Source of the DNA: a virus
Virus record (IMG/VR): IMGVR_UViG_3300050821_022567
Coordinates: 5,764 to 69,763 of that record
DNA length: 64,000 nucleotides
Strand: one strand, 5' to 3'
Shown here: piece by piece, positions 37,518 to 47,757 of the stretch
How positions within the stretch are numbered: position 1 is the first letter of the stretch
Layout of the letters: each line of letters begins with the position of its first letter
Position numbers and translations under genes: made by a program
Notes under the pieces: model-generated
The model's input: only the letters and a program-made list of their open reading frames with translations
Database searches by the model: none
What the model was told of the DNA's origin: nothing

Positions 37518-38959
37518 GTCTCTCCTCGGTCGTAGGCTTGTCCTTCACCATCCGGCAGGTCTTCGAAGCGCGTGTACCGCTCGAGCCACCGCATCAGCAC
37601 CGTTTCGTTTGGACCGTTCCGCTGCTTCGCGGCGGCGATCTCCGCGAGCCCTGGCACCTTGCACGCGCCCTTCGTGTAGTACTCGTCGCGGTAGATGAAG
37701 AGAACGTTGTCCGCGTCCTGCTCGATGGCGCCGGACTCGCGGAGGTCCGAGAGTTGCGGTCGCTTGTCGCTCCGAGACTCGAGCCCGCGGTTCAACTGCG
37801 ACAGCGCGATGACGGGGATCTTGAGCTCCATCGCCAGGTTCTTGAGCCCACGCGAGATCATCGCGATCTCCTGCTCCCGGTTGTCCGCGTCGTCCGAACC
37901 CGCCATCAGCTGCAGGTAGTCCACGACCACGAGCCCGAGTAGCACCGGGCTCCCGTCGGGGTGCTTCAGCCGGGCGCACTCCGCTTGGATGCGCCGGATC
38001 CGCGCGCGCAGGTCGAGCATCGGGATGGACGACTTGTCGTCGAACCAGATCGGCAGCTTCGCGATCTTCTGCGCCGAGGCGGTGAGCTTCTGCCAATCGA
38101 GCGGCGCCCAGTTGTTCGTGCGGAGCTTCTCGGAATCGACCCGCGCGTCGCAGCACGTCGCGCGCATGACGATCTGTTCGCGCGGCATCTCGAGGCTGAA
38201 GAAGGCGACGCCCTGCGGCAGCGTCCCCTCCTCGACATCCCCTTCGGCCACGTTGATGGCGATCTGTAGCGCGGCGCTCGTCTTCCCCATCCCGGGGCGC
38301 GCCGCGATGATCGTGAGTTCGTTCGGGTGAAGGCCGGCGAGGACGCGATCGAGCCGTCGAAACTTCGTCGGCGTACCACTGATGCTTCGCTTGCTGTTCG
38401 CGGACTCGTAGAGCTTCCGCATCGCGTCGCGGAGGATGACCCCCGCGCGCTGCGCTCCGAGCTCGACGTTGTCGTGCGCGAGGACGTGGAGGCGCTCCGC
38501 CGCCTCCGCCGCGTAGCCGCTCGAGAGCCCGGGCGCCAGGTAGCCCTGCGCCGCAAGAGTGTGGCAGGTGAGGATGACTTGCCGCGCCCGCCAGCGCTGG
38601 ACCACGATCGTCGCGTGCGCCCGAACGTTCGCGAGGTCGGGGGACGCGAGGAGCAGGTCGGCGAGATAGGACGGCCCCCCCACCTGCGAAAGCCGCTCGG
38701 CGTCCCGGAGGTGCGTCCCGACGGTCACGGAGTCGATCGGCTGCCCCTTGCTCGCGAGGACGAAGCAGGCGTCGGTGATGAGCCGGTGCGCCTCGGAGTA
38801 GCAGTGCTCGGGCTTCAGGATGTCCGAGACTTCGTCGAGGTACTGAATCCCCCCCACGAGGAGCGCGCAGAGTACCGCCCGCTCCGCCCCGAGGTCGTGG
38901 GGTGGCATCCGCCCTTCGAACGTCGCGGGCTCCACATGGGCGTCGCGGCGATCAGCCAC
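37514..38959 (-). CDS. dnaB: Replicative DNA helicase DnaB
   Basis: PPHDLGAERAVL, AARPGMGKT, FFSLEM, VVDYLQL, LSQLNR, SDLRESGAIEQDAD, KQRNG. Confidence 0.96.
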   Translation of the reverse strand: MADRRDAHVEPATFEGRMPPHDLGAERAVLCALLVGGIQYLDEVSDILKPEHCYSEAHRLITDACFVLASKGQPIDSVTVGTHLRDAERLSQVGGPSYLADLLLASPDLANVRAHATIVVQRWRARQVILTCHTLAAQGYLAPGLSSGYAAEAAERLHVLAHDNVELGAQRAGVILRDAMRKLYESANSKRSISGTPTKFRRLDRVLAGLHPNELTIIAARPGMGKTSAALQIAINVAEGDVEEGTLPQGVAFFSLEMPREQIVMRATCCDARVDSEKLRTNNWAPLDWQKLTASAQKIAKLPIWFDDKSSIPMLDLRARIRRIQAECARLKHPDGSPVLLGLVVVDYLQLMAGSDDADNREQEIAMISRGLKNLAMELKIPVIALSQLNRGLESRSDKRPQLSDLRESGAIEQDADNVLFIYRDEYYTKGACKVPGLAEIAAAKQRNGPNETVLMRWLERYTRFEDLPDGEGQAYDRGET

Positions 38960-39833
38960 TCTTGCCGCCCTTGATCGACCCGAAGACGGCTTCGTAGTCG
39001 GCCTGCGCCTTGGCGAGCTGCTCCGTCGGGATCGACGAGCGGATGAGCGGCTTCAGGACGATCGGCGGCGGGGACGCGGCGGGGATGCGCTTCGTCGCCC
39101 AGTCGGCGAACTTCCACGCGTTGAGCGCCTTGCCTTTTTCATCGGCGCCGTAGGCGCGCCCGAGCTCCGCGAGTCGGTCGCATCGCTGCTGCGTCGTGCC
39201 CGCGTTGCCCTGAGTCTCTTCGACGTCGAGCAGCTTCTGCAGTTCCTTCCCGCGCGGGATCGTGGGGCGCACGCCCGCCCCCTCGCGAACGCCTTCCGCC
39301 CACGCTGCGGCGAGGCTGCTCTCGCCGAACGGGTCGGGGATTCGTCGGGTGCCCGAGATTGCCTCGACGACCGGCTCTGGCTCCGGGGGGACCACGGGGG
39401 GATCTCCCGGATCGGGACCGGGAACGGGATCGGGGTTCGAATCAATTGCTGGCTCGTGTGAACCAAGTTGCTTCGAGTTTGGTTCATTCTTGCTTCGTCT
39501 TGCTTCGCCGGACTTGCGGCCTCCGGCGCGTCCGGCCTCCGCTCGCGCAGCGCGGAGATCGAGCGTCGGTTGGAAGTCCAGGTAGTCGTGGATCTGGTAG
39601 CCGCCGCCCTCCGCCCTCTCCCAGAGTCCGACCTTGACGAGGCGCTCGGCGAGCTTCGCGGCGTTCTTCACCGGGTAGAGGACCGAGACCTTCGCCTCGG
39701 GAATAAGCCCCGTTCGCTTTGGCTGCCGGTTGCAGTACGCGAGTCCGCACACCCAAAGCCAGCAAGCCTCCGCGCCCGCGGCGAGGAGCTTCGGGTGGTC
39801 GGGAGCTCCGTCGTCGATCTTGACCCAGCTCAT
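38952..39833 (-). CDS. Phage replication initiator
   Basis: MSWVKIDD..DHPK..LVKVGLW..YQIHDYLDFQP N-terminal domain; directly upstream of dnaB; internal iterons. Confidence 0.75.
   Translation of the reverse strand: MSWVKIDDGAPDHPKLLAAGAEACWLWVCGLAYCNRQPKRTGLIPEAKVSVLYPVKNAAKLAERLVKVGLWERAEGGGYQIHDYLDFQPTLDLRAARAEAGRAGGRKSGEARRSKNEPNSKQLGSHEPAIDSNPDPVPGPDPGDPPVVPPEPEPVVEAISGTRRIPDPFGESSLAAAWAEGVREGAGVRPTIPRGKELQKLLDVEETQGNAGTTQQRCDRLAELGRAYGADEKGKALNAWKFADWATKRIPAASPPPIVLKPLIRSSIPTEQLAKAQADYEAVFGSIKGGKSG
39446..39507. repeat. Putative replication origin: TTGCTTCG iterons and an inverted repeat inside the initiator gene
   Basis: TTGCTTCG at 39468, 39490 and 39500; TGAACCAA/TTGGTTCA at 39459-39486; locally AT-richer. 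Confidence 0.6.
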
Positions 39834-40534
39834 AAGTTCGCCTCTCTCAACGCAACGGCCCGTTCGATACTCTTCCGTCGCAGGTTGCAGCGAGAATGCG
39901 TGACCCTCAGGTTCTCCACCGTGTCCTCGCCACCGAGCGACCTCGGGGTACGATGATCAAGATGAATGTCGTCTGACGGGACGTCCTCCCCACAGATCCC
40001 GCACACACCACGGTCCCTTGCTAAAACCGCGCGCACTACGTCACTCGGTATTCGACGACGAGTGCTGCGAGGTCCCCATCCATGAACAAGCCGATACGCT
40101 TGCGTCGTCTCGCGTGAGCATGCTCGACAGTGACGGCGCCTACCGGTCTCGCTGAGGCACGTATTCTCTTCGTCGTAGGCGTGTCCGCGTGGACAATGCG
40201 TCTTCTTTACGTTTGCGGCCGGGATCGTTCCGCCGCGAAGCGTGTTGATTCGACCAGTCACTTCTTCGAGATGGGCGGGGTTGCAACAGCGCGTGACGCG
40301 ACACAGGTGGTCCACCTGCAGACCTTCCGTCAGCGCACCATGCGTAAGGAAGTACGCGACTCGATGAGCTTTGACCTTCCGCGGTCCTAGCCGAAAGCTC
40401 CCGTATCCCTCGCTCGTTCCCGCTGTCCAAATCCAACAACGCCCAAGGTCTGGTCGGTAGGCTGAGACGGGGCCGTTGCGATCGACCTTCAACCAGAAAC
40501 GACGCTGAGCATCGGCAGATAAATATTCCCTCAC
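39830..40534 (-). CDS. Double-HNH endonuclease
   Basis: RFWLKV..CWIWT..VDHLCRVTRCCNPAHLE, KTHCPRGH..CRAC, then RDRGVCGIC..HLDHRTP..GG..NLRVTHSRCN; lower GC. Confidence 0.85.
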   Translation of the reverse strand: MREYLSADAQRRFWLKVDRNGPVSAYRPDLGRCWIWTAGTSEGYGSFRLGPRKVKAHRVAYFLTHGALTEGLQVDHLCRVTRCCNPAHLEEVTGRINTLRGGTIPAANVKKTHCPRGHAYDEENTCLSETGRRRHCRACSRETTQAYRLVHGWGPRSTRRRIPSDVVRAVLARDRGVCGICGEDVPSDDIHLDHRTPRSLGGEDTVENLRVTHSRCNLRRKSIERAVALREANL

Positions 40535-41125
40535 TTTGCGCCTCTCCAATCGCGAATCTCGATCTGCCTTAGATCTTTGATCTCGGTGACACGCCGTCCA
40601 GTCACGGTCACGATTCCGCGGTACCAGGCCCCCCGCGCCCCCTCTCCCCACTCGTCGATCAACGCCTGCCTTCCCTGCCGTAGCCCGAGCCGCAACTGCC
40701 GCAGCGACCAAAGAGACGCCTTCGCCGTCGCCAGGATGCGGACCACCGACTGCTCGGCGGCGACCCGGACCCCGTGCTTGGCACGCAGGCCAGGCACTGT
40801 GCTCGACGGCTCGGGCTGCTTCACGGAGCTGGCCTCTGGCAGAGCACGCGCGGGAGCGGCCCGTAGTGGAGCGGCCGCTGCCGGTTCTCCACCTCCCACC
40901 GGAGGAGGACCGAGTACTGCGCGTCGACGGCGTAGGCGGGCGCGAGCCGCTGGACGACCACGACCTCGTTGTCGACCACCGCCCGGACTTCCGCGGTCCA
41001 GGAGGTCTGCGGGTACCCGCTGTTGAAGTGGATGCGGCTCGCGAGGCGCGGAGGCCACCGCACGAGCTCGTAGCCGTCCGAGAGGCGCACCGCGGCCGCC
41101 GCGTCCCACTTACCGTCTGCTGCCA

Positions 41126-41764
41126 TTACCAGTCCTCCCGCGTCCAAACGCACTGGCCGATCGGCGAGTATTCACGCTGGAATGCCCTCGGCCCCTTGAT
41201 GAAAGCGACCGACGACAGCCGCGGCGGCAGGTAGACGAACGCGCTCGCCCCAGGCGGCTGCGTCCCCGACTTCACGCTCGGTGCGGGCGCGAGCTCCGCG
41301 AAGAGCGACGGCTGGCCAGACTTCCCGTCGGGTTCCTCTGCGATGTTGTAGGGGATGCGCTTCGCCGGGAAGCAGATCGGGAAGTCGAGGGGGATGTTCA
41401 GCCCCGACGGCCGTTCCAGCTGCGTCGTCTGCAGCAGCCCCAGGTTGAAGCAGACGAAGATCGCCTGCTCGATCTCCCCCAGGGCCCACGCGCGCGCCAC
41501 GCGCCACCACCACGCCTTTTGGACGCTCCCCCCTTCGTCCTTACCCCCCGGGGGATTGAGCCACACACGGCCGAACCACGGGCGGGTCAGGCCGTCCTCC
41601 TCCCGGGTGTAAAAGCGGGTCGCCCGGACCGTCTCGTTCGCGAGCGCGCACGACGCCGGGTCGAGATCGATCGTCCCGCCGAATAGGCGCCTGCCGGGCT
41701 CCACGATCTCCGCCGGCGAATAGTGCTCGCTCGTGAGGGACGAGTGCTGGACGAGCGGCGTCAT
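41126..41764 (-). CDS. Phage Dam-family (PF05869-like) N6-adenine methyltransferase, catalytic motif NPPG
   Basis: EHYSP..IDLDPAS..FYTREEDGL..WFGRVWLNPPG. Confidence 0.75.
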   Translation of the reverse strand: MTPLVQHSSLTSEHYSPAEIVEPGRRLFGGTIDLDPASCALANETVRATRFYTREEDGLTRPWFGRVWLNPPGGKDEGGSVQKAWWWRVARAWALGEIEQAIFVCFNLGLLQTTQLERPSGLNIPLDFPICFPAKRIPYNIAEEPDGKSGQPSLFAELAPAPSVKSGTQPPGASAFVYLPPRLSSVAFIKGPRAFQREYSPIGQCVWTREDW

Positions 41765-41975
41765 CGGAAAAGCTCTCCCTGCTCCGGCCCCGACTCCTTG
41801 TCGGAGTCGCACGGCTCGGCGACGCAGCGGTCCGGGGGGAGCGCGAGCCCCTTCGTCCAGTCGGCGGCGATGCGCTCTGCCTTCGCCTGCGGGAAGGCCG
41901 TCGCGCACGACCGCTCCCCCCAGCCGCTCTCGCCCTGCAGGTAATGGGCGCCTTTTCGAACGAGAAAGACCGCGC

Positions 41976-43088
41976 TCATGCTTCCCCGAAGAGCGCGCCC
42001 TGCGCAGCGACGAGGGGCAAGCAGTGTGGCGAGAACCATATGCGCTCGCGGTTCTTGTTGTCGTTCCCTTCGGCGGCGTAGCCGCGATGTGCCTTCCACG
42101 GCACACACGTCCACGTCGCGGGGAAGACGTGGGCCCCCTCGTAGCCGCAGAATGCGACACGCAGGTCCGGGTCGCTTCCGTGCTCGATCGCCCATTCTGC
42201 TACGCGGTGCGCGACCGCACCGTCGTCGACGCCATAGAGATCGCCGTCTCGCTCGGCCTCCGGATAGGGAGGGTCTAGGAAGACGCCGCACGGATTCATC
42301 CCGCTGTTGCGACTCTTCGTCGTGCCGATGACCGAATCGCCGAGTACGCGCGTCCAATCCCCGCAGCAGACCCGAACTCGTCGGAGGCGCTCGCGGAGCG
42401 CGACGAACCATTCGAGGCACGGCGGCTTCTCAGCGCCATGAACGCCGCGGGCGTTGCCGAGCGATGGGAGGCGCGTCGTCCCTGTTCCCTTGCCTCCGTG
42501 AGAACTCAGGTTGGGCAGCTTCTTGGTCGGTGGCCTCTCCCCTCTCTCGGGCGCTGCCGCACGGATACCGCGCCCGTGTCCCCGCGTATAAAGGTCGGGC
42601 ATCTTGCGATGGACGCCCTGTCCGATCCCGTCAAGGTCGGGCCGAGACCCGTTCCCGCGCGACCAGATCTTCGAGCCCCCTACGTGGCAAAACCCGCCGC
42701 CAATCCACTGCGACAATCCCCAGACCCACCACCCCGCGATCTTCGCGTCGAAGAAGTCCGGGTCGGTCTTCATCCGTTCGCGGAAGTCGACTTGCGCTAC
42801 GAGCCAGCGGTGGCGGGCATGGAGATCCGCTTCGTTCACTGGATGGTCGCAGAAGCGCGCGACGGCCTCGGGGTCGGCGACCGTCGCCCTCCAGAAGTTG
42901 GCGAGATACGTGTCCGCGTCATTCACGGTTTCGATCTTCGGCACGTGAGGACGGCCGAGAAGAACCGCTCCGGACCCGTAGAACGGCTCCACGTAATTCG
43001 GGACGTTGCCGAACGCCTGCCACACGATGTGGGCGGCGCGCGACTTCCCGCCGAACCAAGGGAAGGGTGCTCGAAGCTCAGCGTTCAC
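41976..43088 (-). CDS. D12-class N6-adenine DNA methyltransferase
   Basis: PFPWFGGKS, YVEPFYGSGAV, ETVND, FLDPPY, RERIWFSP. Confidence 0.88.
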   Translation of the reverse strand: MNAELRAPFPWFGGKSRAAHIVWQAFGNVPNYVEPFYGSGAVLLGRPHVPKIETVNDADTYLANFWRATVADPEAVARFCDHPVNEADLHARHRWLVAQVDFRERMKTDPDFFDAKIAGWWVWGLSQWIGGGFCHVGGSKIWSRGNGSRPDLDGIGQGVHRKMPDLYTRGHGRGIRAAAPERGERPPTKKLPNLSSHGGKGTGTTRLPSLGNARGVHGAEKPPCLEWFVALRERLRRVRVCCGDWTRVLGDSVIGTTKSRNSGMNPCGVFLDPPYPEAERDGDLYGVDDGAVAHRVAEWAIEHGSDPDLRVAFCGYEGAHVFPATWTCVPWKAHRGYAAEGNDNKNRERIWFSPHCLPLVAAQGALFGEA

Positions 43089-43516
43089 GCGCGCCCCCGC
43101 GTGATCACGATCCGAACGCGCGTCGTCTTCGCAAGCCGGACGCGGATCGGATGTCCCCAGACGAAGTTGATCGTCCGGCAAAGGTCGTTGAACGTCGCGG
43201 CGGCTTTCATACGGCTTCCCCCGTGACCGTCGTGACAACGACCCAGTTTATGGCTTGCCCCGGAGGAGCCAGAGGATGAGGCGGAGGAGCACCATCCCGA
43301 GCCAGAGCAGGAACGCGAGGAGGTCCAACTTCGATACTTCCATGACCGCCCTTTGCTACGAGCACGCCCGGCACCGCCGGCTCCGCCCACCCCACCGACA
43401 CCGCGCGCGCGAACGCCTGCGCATCGCGCACCATCTCGCCGAGCCCGCGCCACGTCGCGAGCTCGCGCTCGTCGAGGGACAGGTAGAAACGCTCGAGGGC
43501 GGAGACGGTGCTCACG

Positions 43517-43852
43517 CTACGACTCCTCGTCCAGCTGCTCGCGCAGCTTCGCCACCTTGGCCTCGGCGATGGCGAGCTTCGCCTCGAGCCGGGCGCGCGC
43601 TCGATCGCCGCTCTTCGCTAAACGAGGCGGCTTCGCGACCTCGTTCAGCGGCGAGAGGTTCTTCTTCGCCGCGCACACCGGGCAGAAGACACGATCGATC
43701 TGCGTCCTCTGGCAGGAGCGGCACTCGAGATTGCCGAAATACATCCAGCCTTCCGCCCACGGCGCCAGCGTCCCGCAGTCGGTGCATCGCCACGTGCGCG
43801 GGCTCGTTCCCACGAGCACGTGATCGTCGATCGTCTTGTGCCGGCAGCCCAC
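43517..43852 (-). CDS. Zn-finger protein
   Basis: Three CxxC pairs plus a C-terminal coiled coil. Confidence 0.55.
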   Translation of the reverse strand: MGCRHKTIDDHVLVGTSPRTWRCTDCGTLAPWAEGWMYFGNLECRSCQRTQIDRVFCPVCAAKKNLSPLNEVAKPPRLAKSGDRARARLEAKLAIAEAKVAKLREQLDEES

Positions 43853-44528
43853 GGTTCACCCCCGCCTCCCCTTCGTCGCCCGCTCCGCGATCCACTGCGC
43901 GAAGGCCGCCGCGTCGTGCGCCTCGCACCACCGCTCGTCGCGCCCGCGCCGCGGGGGCGGCCGCGGCGCCCCCTCCGCCCTCCGACCCCGGCGTTCCTCC
44001 CGCCGCACCTCGCGCGCCCCCTGCTGGACGTCCTTGCACGCGGCGCAGTGCGCCCGCTCGATGTCGAACGCCGTCACCGCGCGCGATCGCTGAAAGTCCC
44101 AGATGTGATCTGGGCAGCACGGCTGCTCGAGAGGCAGCGCGATGTAGTCCGCCCGATACGGGCAACGGTCCGACCGGCGCATGGGGTCGGGGGTGATCGG
44201 CCCGTAGCAACGCGCCTCGTCGGGCCGGTCGGTGAAGAGGACGCTCACTCGGCCTCCGCTTCGAGCTTCTTGATGAGGTCCCCGATCCCGATCCCATTCA
44301 TCGGGTCGGCGTGCTTGCGAATCGCGGCGAGCGCCCGCACGAAATCTTCGGGGCGCTCCTCGGTCACCGTCGCGAGGACCGTGAGGAAGCTTCCGAGATT
44401 CGTCGTCGCGGTGTCCGCGCCAGTCTGCGCGACCTCCCGAAAGATCTCCGCGAGCCGCCGCGCGCGCAGGCGCCGCGCCTCCTCAATCTCGCGCCTCACC
44501 CCGTCCAACGTCTTCTCGTCGACGTACG

Positions 44529-45491
44529 TCATCCCGTCCTCCGGCTTCTCACGATCTCGCTGACGATCGCCTTGCTCTGTCCGTGACTTCGAAACGCGAC
44601 GATGCTCTGCCGCGTCGGCACCGCGCAGAGCTGGCAGTCTTTGCACGTGAGCCCGTGCGTCTCGTTCGGGCAGAGGACGACCTGCCGGCCCGCCGGGGTC
44701 TTCGTCGCATGCGCCGGATGGTCCACCGGGACGACGACTGCGACGGGCGCGATGCCGAGCGCCGCGAGCTCGTCGGCCTGCTCGAGATTGTCGGCCGAGA
44801 GGTTGATCGTGAAGCCGGCGCGGACCGCGCGCGCGATCGCCCGCCGGTTGGACACGAGCCAGAGCGCGCGCTCCTGCGGCGATGGGATGTAGCGGGCGCG
44901 CTTCGGCAGCGGCTTCGACTCCAGCACGGGGCAGTGCGTGAACGTGAACCCCCGCCGCCCCTTGTTCGCGAGGACGAGCTGCGAGAGCGCGATGGGGTCG
45001 ATGGCGTCCCCCTTCCCCGGAAGGTCCCCCATCTCGTTGTGCCTCCAGATTTGCCCCTTCCGGAAGCGCGCCACCGCGCGGCAGAACGCCGACCAGCTGA
45101 GACCGCGCTCGGGGACGCGCTCCCAATGCATCCTCATCAAACCGAACTCTGCGTAGCACCCCGCGTTCTTGAACGAGCACGAGTCGGGACACGAGCCGCG
45201 CGCCGTGCGCGTCGCCGGCATGTCTCCGAGCTTCCGATTCTTCGACGTGAGCGAGAGCGCGACGGAGTAGGCATCGTCGCTCTCGAAGGCTCGGACCTGC
45301 GCGAGTTTCGCGTCGGGCGAGAGCTTCTCCCACGTCCGATACTTCTCCTTGCAGACGTTGCACTGGACGTGCGGCGCTCCTGTCTTCGCGTTCGTCTTGA
45401 AGAAGGAACGCGGGCGCCGGTTCGCGCACTGAAGGCAGAGGACGCCGTTCGCGTTCTCCCTCGGGCGTTCCCGCAACAGAGCGGCGCTCAC
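44529..45491 (-). CDS. Gp88-like Cys-rich (radical-SAM-related) phage protein
   Basis: SKNRKLG..SCPDSCSFKNAGCYA..WRHNEMGDL..GFTFTH..INLSADN..CPNE..TCKDCQLC..IVAFRSHG. Confidence 0.65.
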   Translation of the reverse strand: MSAALLRERPRENANGVLCLQCANRRPRSFFKTNAKTGAPHVQCNVCKEKYRTWEKLSPDAKLAQVRAFESDDAYSVALSLTSKNRKLGDMPATRTARGSCPDSCSFKNAGCYAEFGLMRMHWERVPERGLSWSAFCRAVARFRKGQIWRHNEMGDLPGKGDAIDPIALSQLVLANKGRRGFTFTHCPVLESKPLPKRARYIPSPQERALWLVSNRRAIARAVRAGFTINLSADNLEQADELAALGIAPVAVVVPVDHPAHATKTPAGRQVVLCPNETHGLTCKDCQLCAVPTRQSIVAFRSHGQSKAIVSEIVRSRRTG

Positions 45492-46000
45492 GGCGACACC
45501 GTCCTTTGCGTGAACGGGATCGGCTTCAGGTCTCCCGGAAGGTAGAGCGGGTGTGAAGGCGCGCCATTCTTGGTGAGACGCAGGCAGTGAAGCCGTCTCA
45601 TCACTCCGCCAGCATTCTTTCCGCGGAGCATGGCGACGACATCCTCGGCTCTGTTGCCGAGAGCGTTGGTCCCCCACGCGCAGATGACGACGTCCGCATC
45701 CGAAGTGCCGTCGATCAGATGCGCGTCGTTCTCCGGCCCGATCGGGTCAGGCACCTTCGCAAGCGCCCGCGGATCGGTGCTGCGCCAGGCATAGAGATTG
45801 AGCATCCGGTAGGTGCCGAAGCCCCAGTCGCGCGCGAAGGCCTTGCACCGCCTGATCGTTGGGTCGTCGATCACCTCGTCGGCGGTGCTTGGGTTCAAGC
45901 CGATGAAGACGGCGATCCCCCTGGCGAACAGGGGGGCGTCGTCGAGGCGACGCTCGAGGACGTAGCGCCAGCTCCGGCAGGGCGAGAAGACGGCGCTCAT
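45488..46000 (-). CDS. DUF1643 family protein
   Basis: AVFSPCRSWRYVL, FIGLNPSTAD..DDPTIRRC, NLYAWRSTDP, CAWG, GAPSHPLY. Confidence 0.9.
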   Translation of the reverse strand: MSAVFSPCRSWRYVLERRLDDAPLFARGIAVFIGLNPSTADEVIDDPTIRRCKAFARDWGFGTYRMLNLYAWRSTDPRALAKVPDPIGPENDAHLIDGTSDADVVICAWGTNALGNRAEDVVAMLRGKNAGGVMRRLHCLRLTKNGAPSHPLYLPGDLKPIPFTQRTVSP

Positions 46001-46537
46001 GCTTTGCCCTTTCGGACCGGCGCGACGTGGAGGACCGCGACGACCCGGGCCCCCTCCACCTTCCGGAGTTCCCGGACCGTGACCCGCCAGCGGTCGTCGC
46101 CGAGCCAGACGACGTCGCCGACGGCGGGGAGGATGGGACCGTTCGGCCACCACTCGTCGAGGACCTCGCCGCGCCGCGCATTCTCCGGCGTGTCGTTGTC
46201 GCCGCCGGCGTGAACGAACGTGATGAAGGGGGGCGTGGGGCTCGCCATCAGCGCTCCTCCACGAGGAAGCTGAACCCATCGACCACCGCGCTGAGCGGCC
46301 GAGCGAGCCGCTCCGGCAGGTAGTGCCAGACGTACCTCAGCTCGACGCCGAGCAGCCGCTCGGCCGCGCGTAGCGCTTCGAGCGACCCCGCCGCGAGCTC
46401 GCGGCCGTTGGCGTTACTCAGTACGTAGTGCTCCGTCTGTCCGAGCGGTTCCTCCCACGCGGTGCAGACGCGCGCCTCCTCTTCGGGGATCGTGGCGCGA
46501 TGCATCTGCATCTGATCTTTCGCCCATGCACGATGCG

Positions 46538-47047
46538 TCACGAGGCCACCTTCCACTGCGACGACGGCCGCCCGCTCGCCCTCATCTCCTCGCGCAGACA
46601 GCCGCACGATCGAACCTTCGCCGCCCGCAGAAGCCTCGCCTGGACCGTGCAGGTCCCGCCGCACGCGCAGGCGCACCGCCAAAGCGCCTGCCCGTCGCCC
46701 GTGCGACCCGCGCGCTCCACCGGCCGCAGGCGTTCGACGGAGGGGGGCGTCGCGCCGCGCGGCCGCCGGGGGCGGCGCTCGACCGGCGGGAGGAGCACGA
46801 GATCGACCCGCTCGTCCCCGATCCACGCGATCCCCTCGGCGGTGAGCGCGAGGACGCCCGCCTCCGCCCGGGCGAGCCCCTCGAGTTCCAACCACGGGCC
46901 GAGACTCTCCGCGTGCGCGTACGAGACCCCGCGCGCGACGGAGAAGCGGACACACTCCGATCGCGTCCGCGGCGCGGTGCGGAGGAAGGCCGCGAGGGGC
47001 CGCGCCCACTCCCCCCACCGGGGGTCGCTGGAGGGGGGAGCATTCAT
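46538..47047 (-). CDS. Protein with C-terminal HNH/AP2-associated Zn ribbon
   Basis: WRCACACGG..LRAAKVRSCGC. Confidence 0.5.
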   Translation of the reverse strand: MNAPPSSDPRWGEWARPLAAFLRTAPRTRSECVRFSVARGVSYAHAESLGPWLELEGLARAEAGVLALTAEGIAWIGDERVDLVLLPPVERRPRRPRGATPPSVERLRPVERAGRTGDGQALWRCACACGGTCTVQARLLRAAKVRSCGCLREEMRASGRPSSQWKVAS

Positions 47048-47757
47048 CGGCGCCCCCGCTCTTGGATGGTCTTGAGCAAGTGCTCGCCGATCGTGGACGC
47101 CGTATCTCCGACGCCGTACGCGACCTCGAGGTTCGTTTCGAGATCGCGGATTGTCCCCGCCCGTTGCGCGTACCGCTCGCTCACTCGGAGCCCCTCGAGC
47201 GGCACGCAAGCAGGACAGAAGAACTGCGTCCCGCCGGGGGCGACACGCGATCGCCAGCCCGTCTCGCACGCCTTGAGCACGATCGACGTGTCGAGGTGAA
47301 ACGGGATGCTCACCGACGCCGAGGAAGGGAGCCCGACCAAGTGGCAGCGGCTGCACGCCACAGCGCGCGCGTGGAGCGTGACGAGGGCGTCCATCACTGC
47401 GCCCGCTCCCCGTCGAGCACTTCCACCACCGCCAGCACCGGCAGCATGACGAGCACCACGAACAGCCCGCCCGCCACACCGCACGCCGTTGCGGCTACGC
47501 GATTAGCCACACTGCGCGGAACCCGGCCCCTACTTGCACGTTCGCCAACCATAGCGCCTCCTTCGATTGGACCCGCGGACCTCGCCCGCTGGGATACTGC
47601 ACCCTCGCCGCGCGCGCCCTTTGGACGCAGTCGCCGCGACTATGGCTATCGTTTTAGCCGATCACCCCATGCGTTCGTCTCATCTCTCTCGCGTCTCCGT
47701 TTCGGCTGCGTGTCGCGTGATCTAGAGTCTGCTTTGGACATCACCGGATTGTTTGGA

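Noticed and set aside
39830-40534. Group I intron or intein around the HNH genes or in DnaB/TerL
   Set aside because: Flanking genes are intact and coupled by start/stop overlaps; DnaB and TerL are of normal length with no intein C/S...HN motifs
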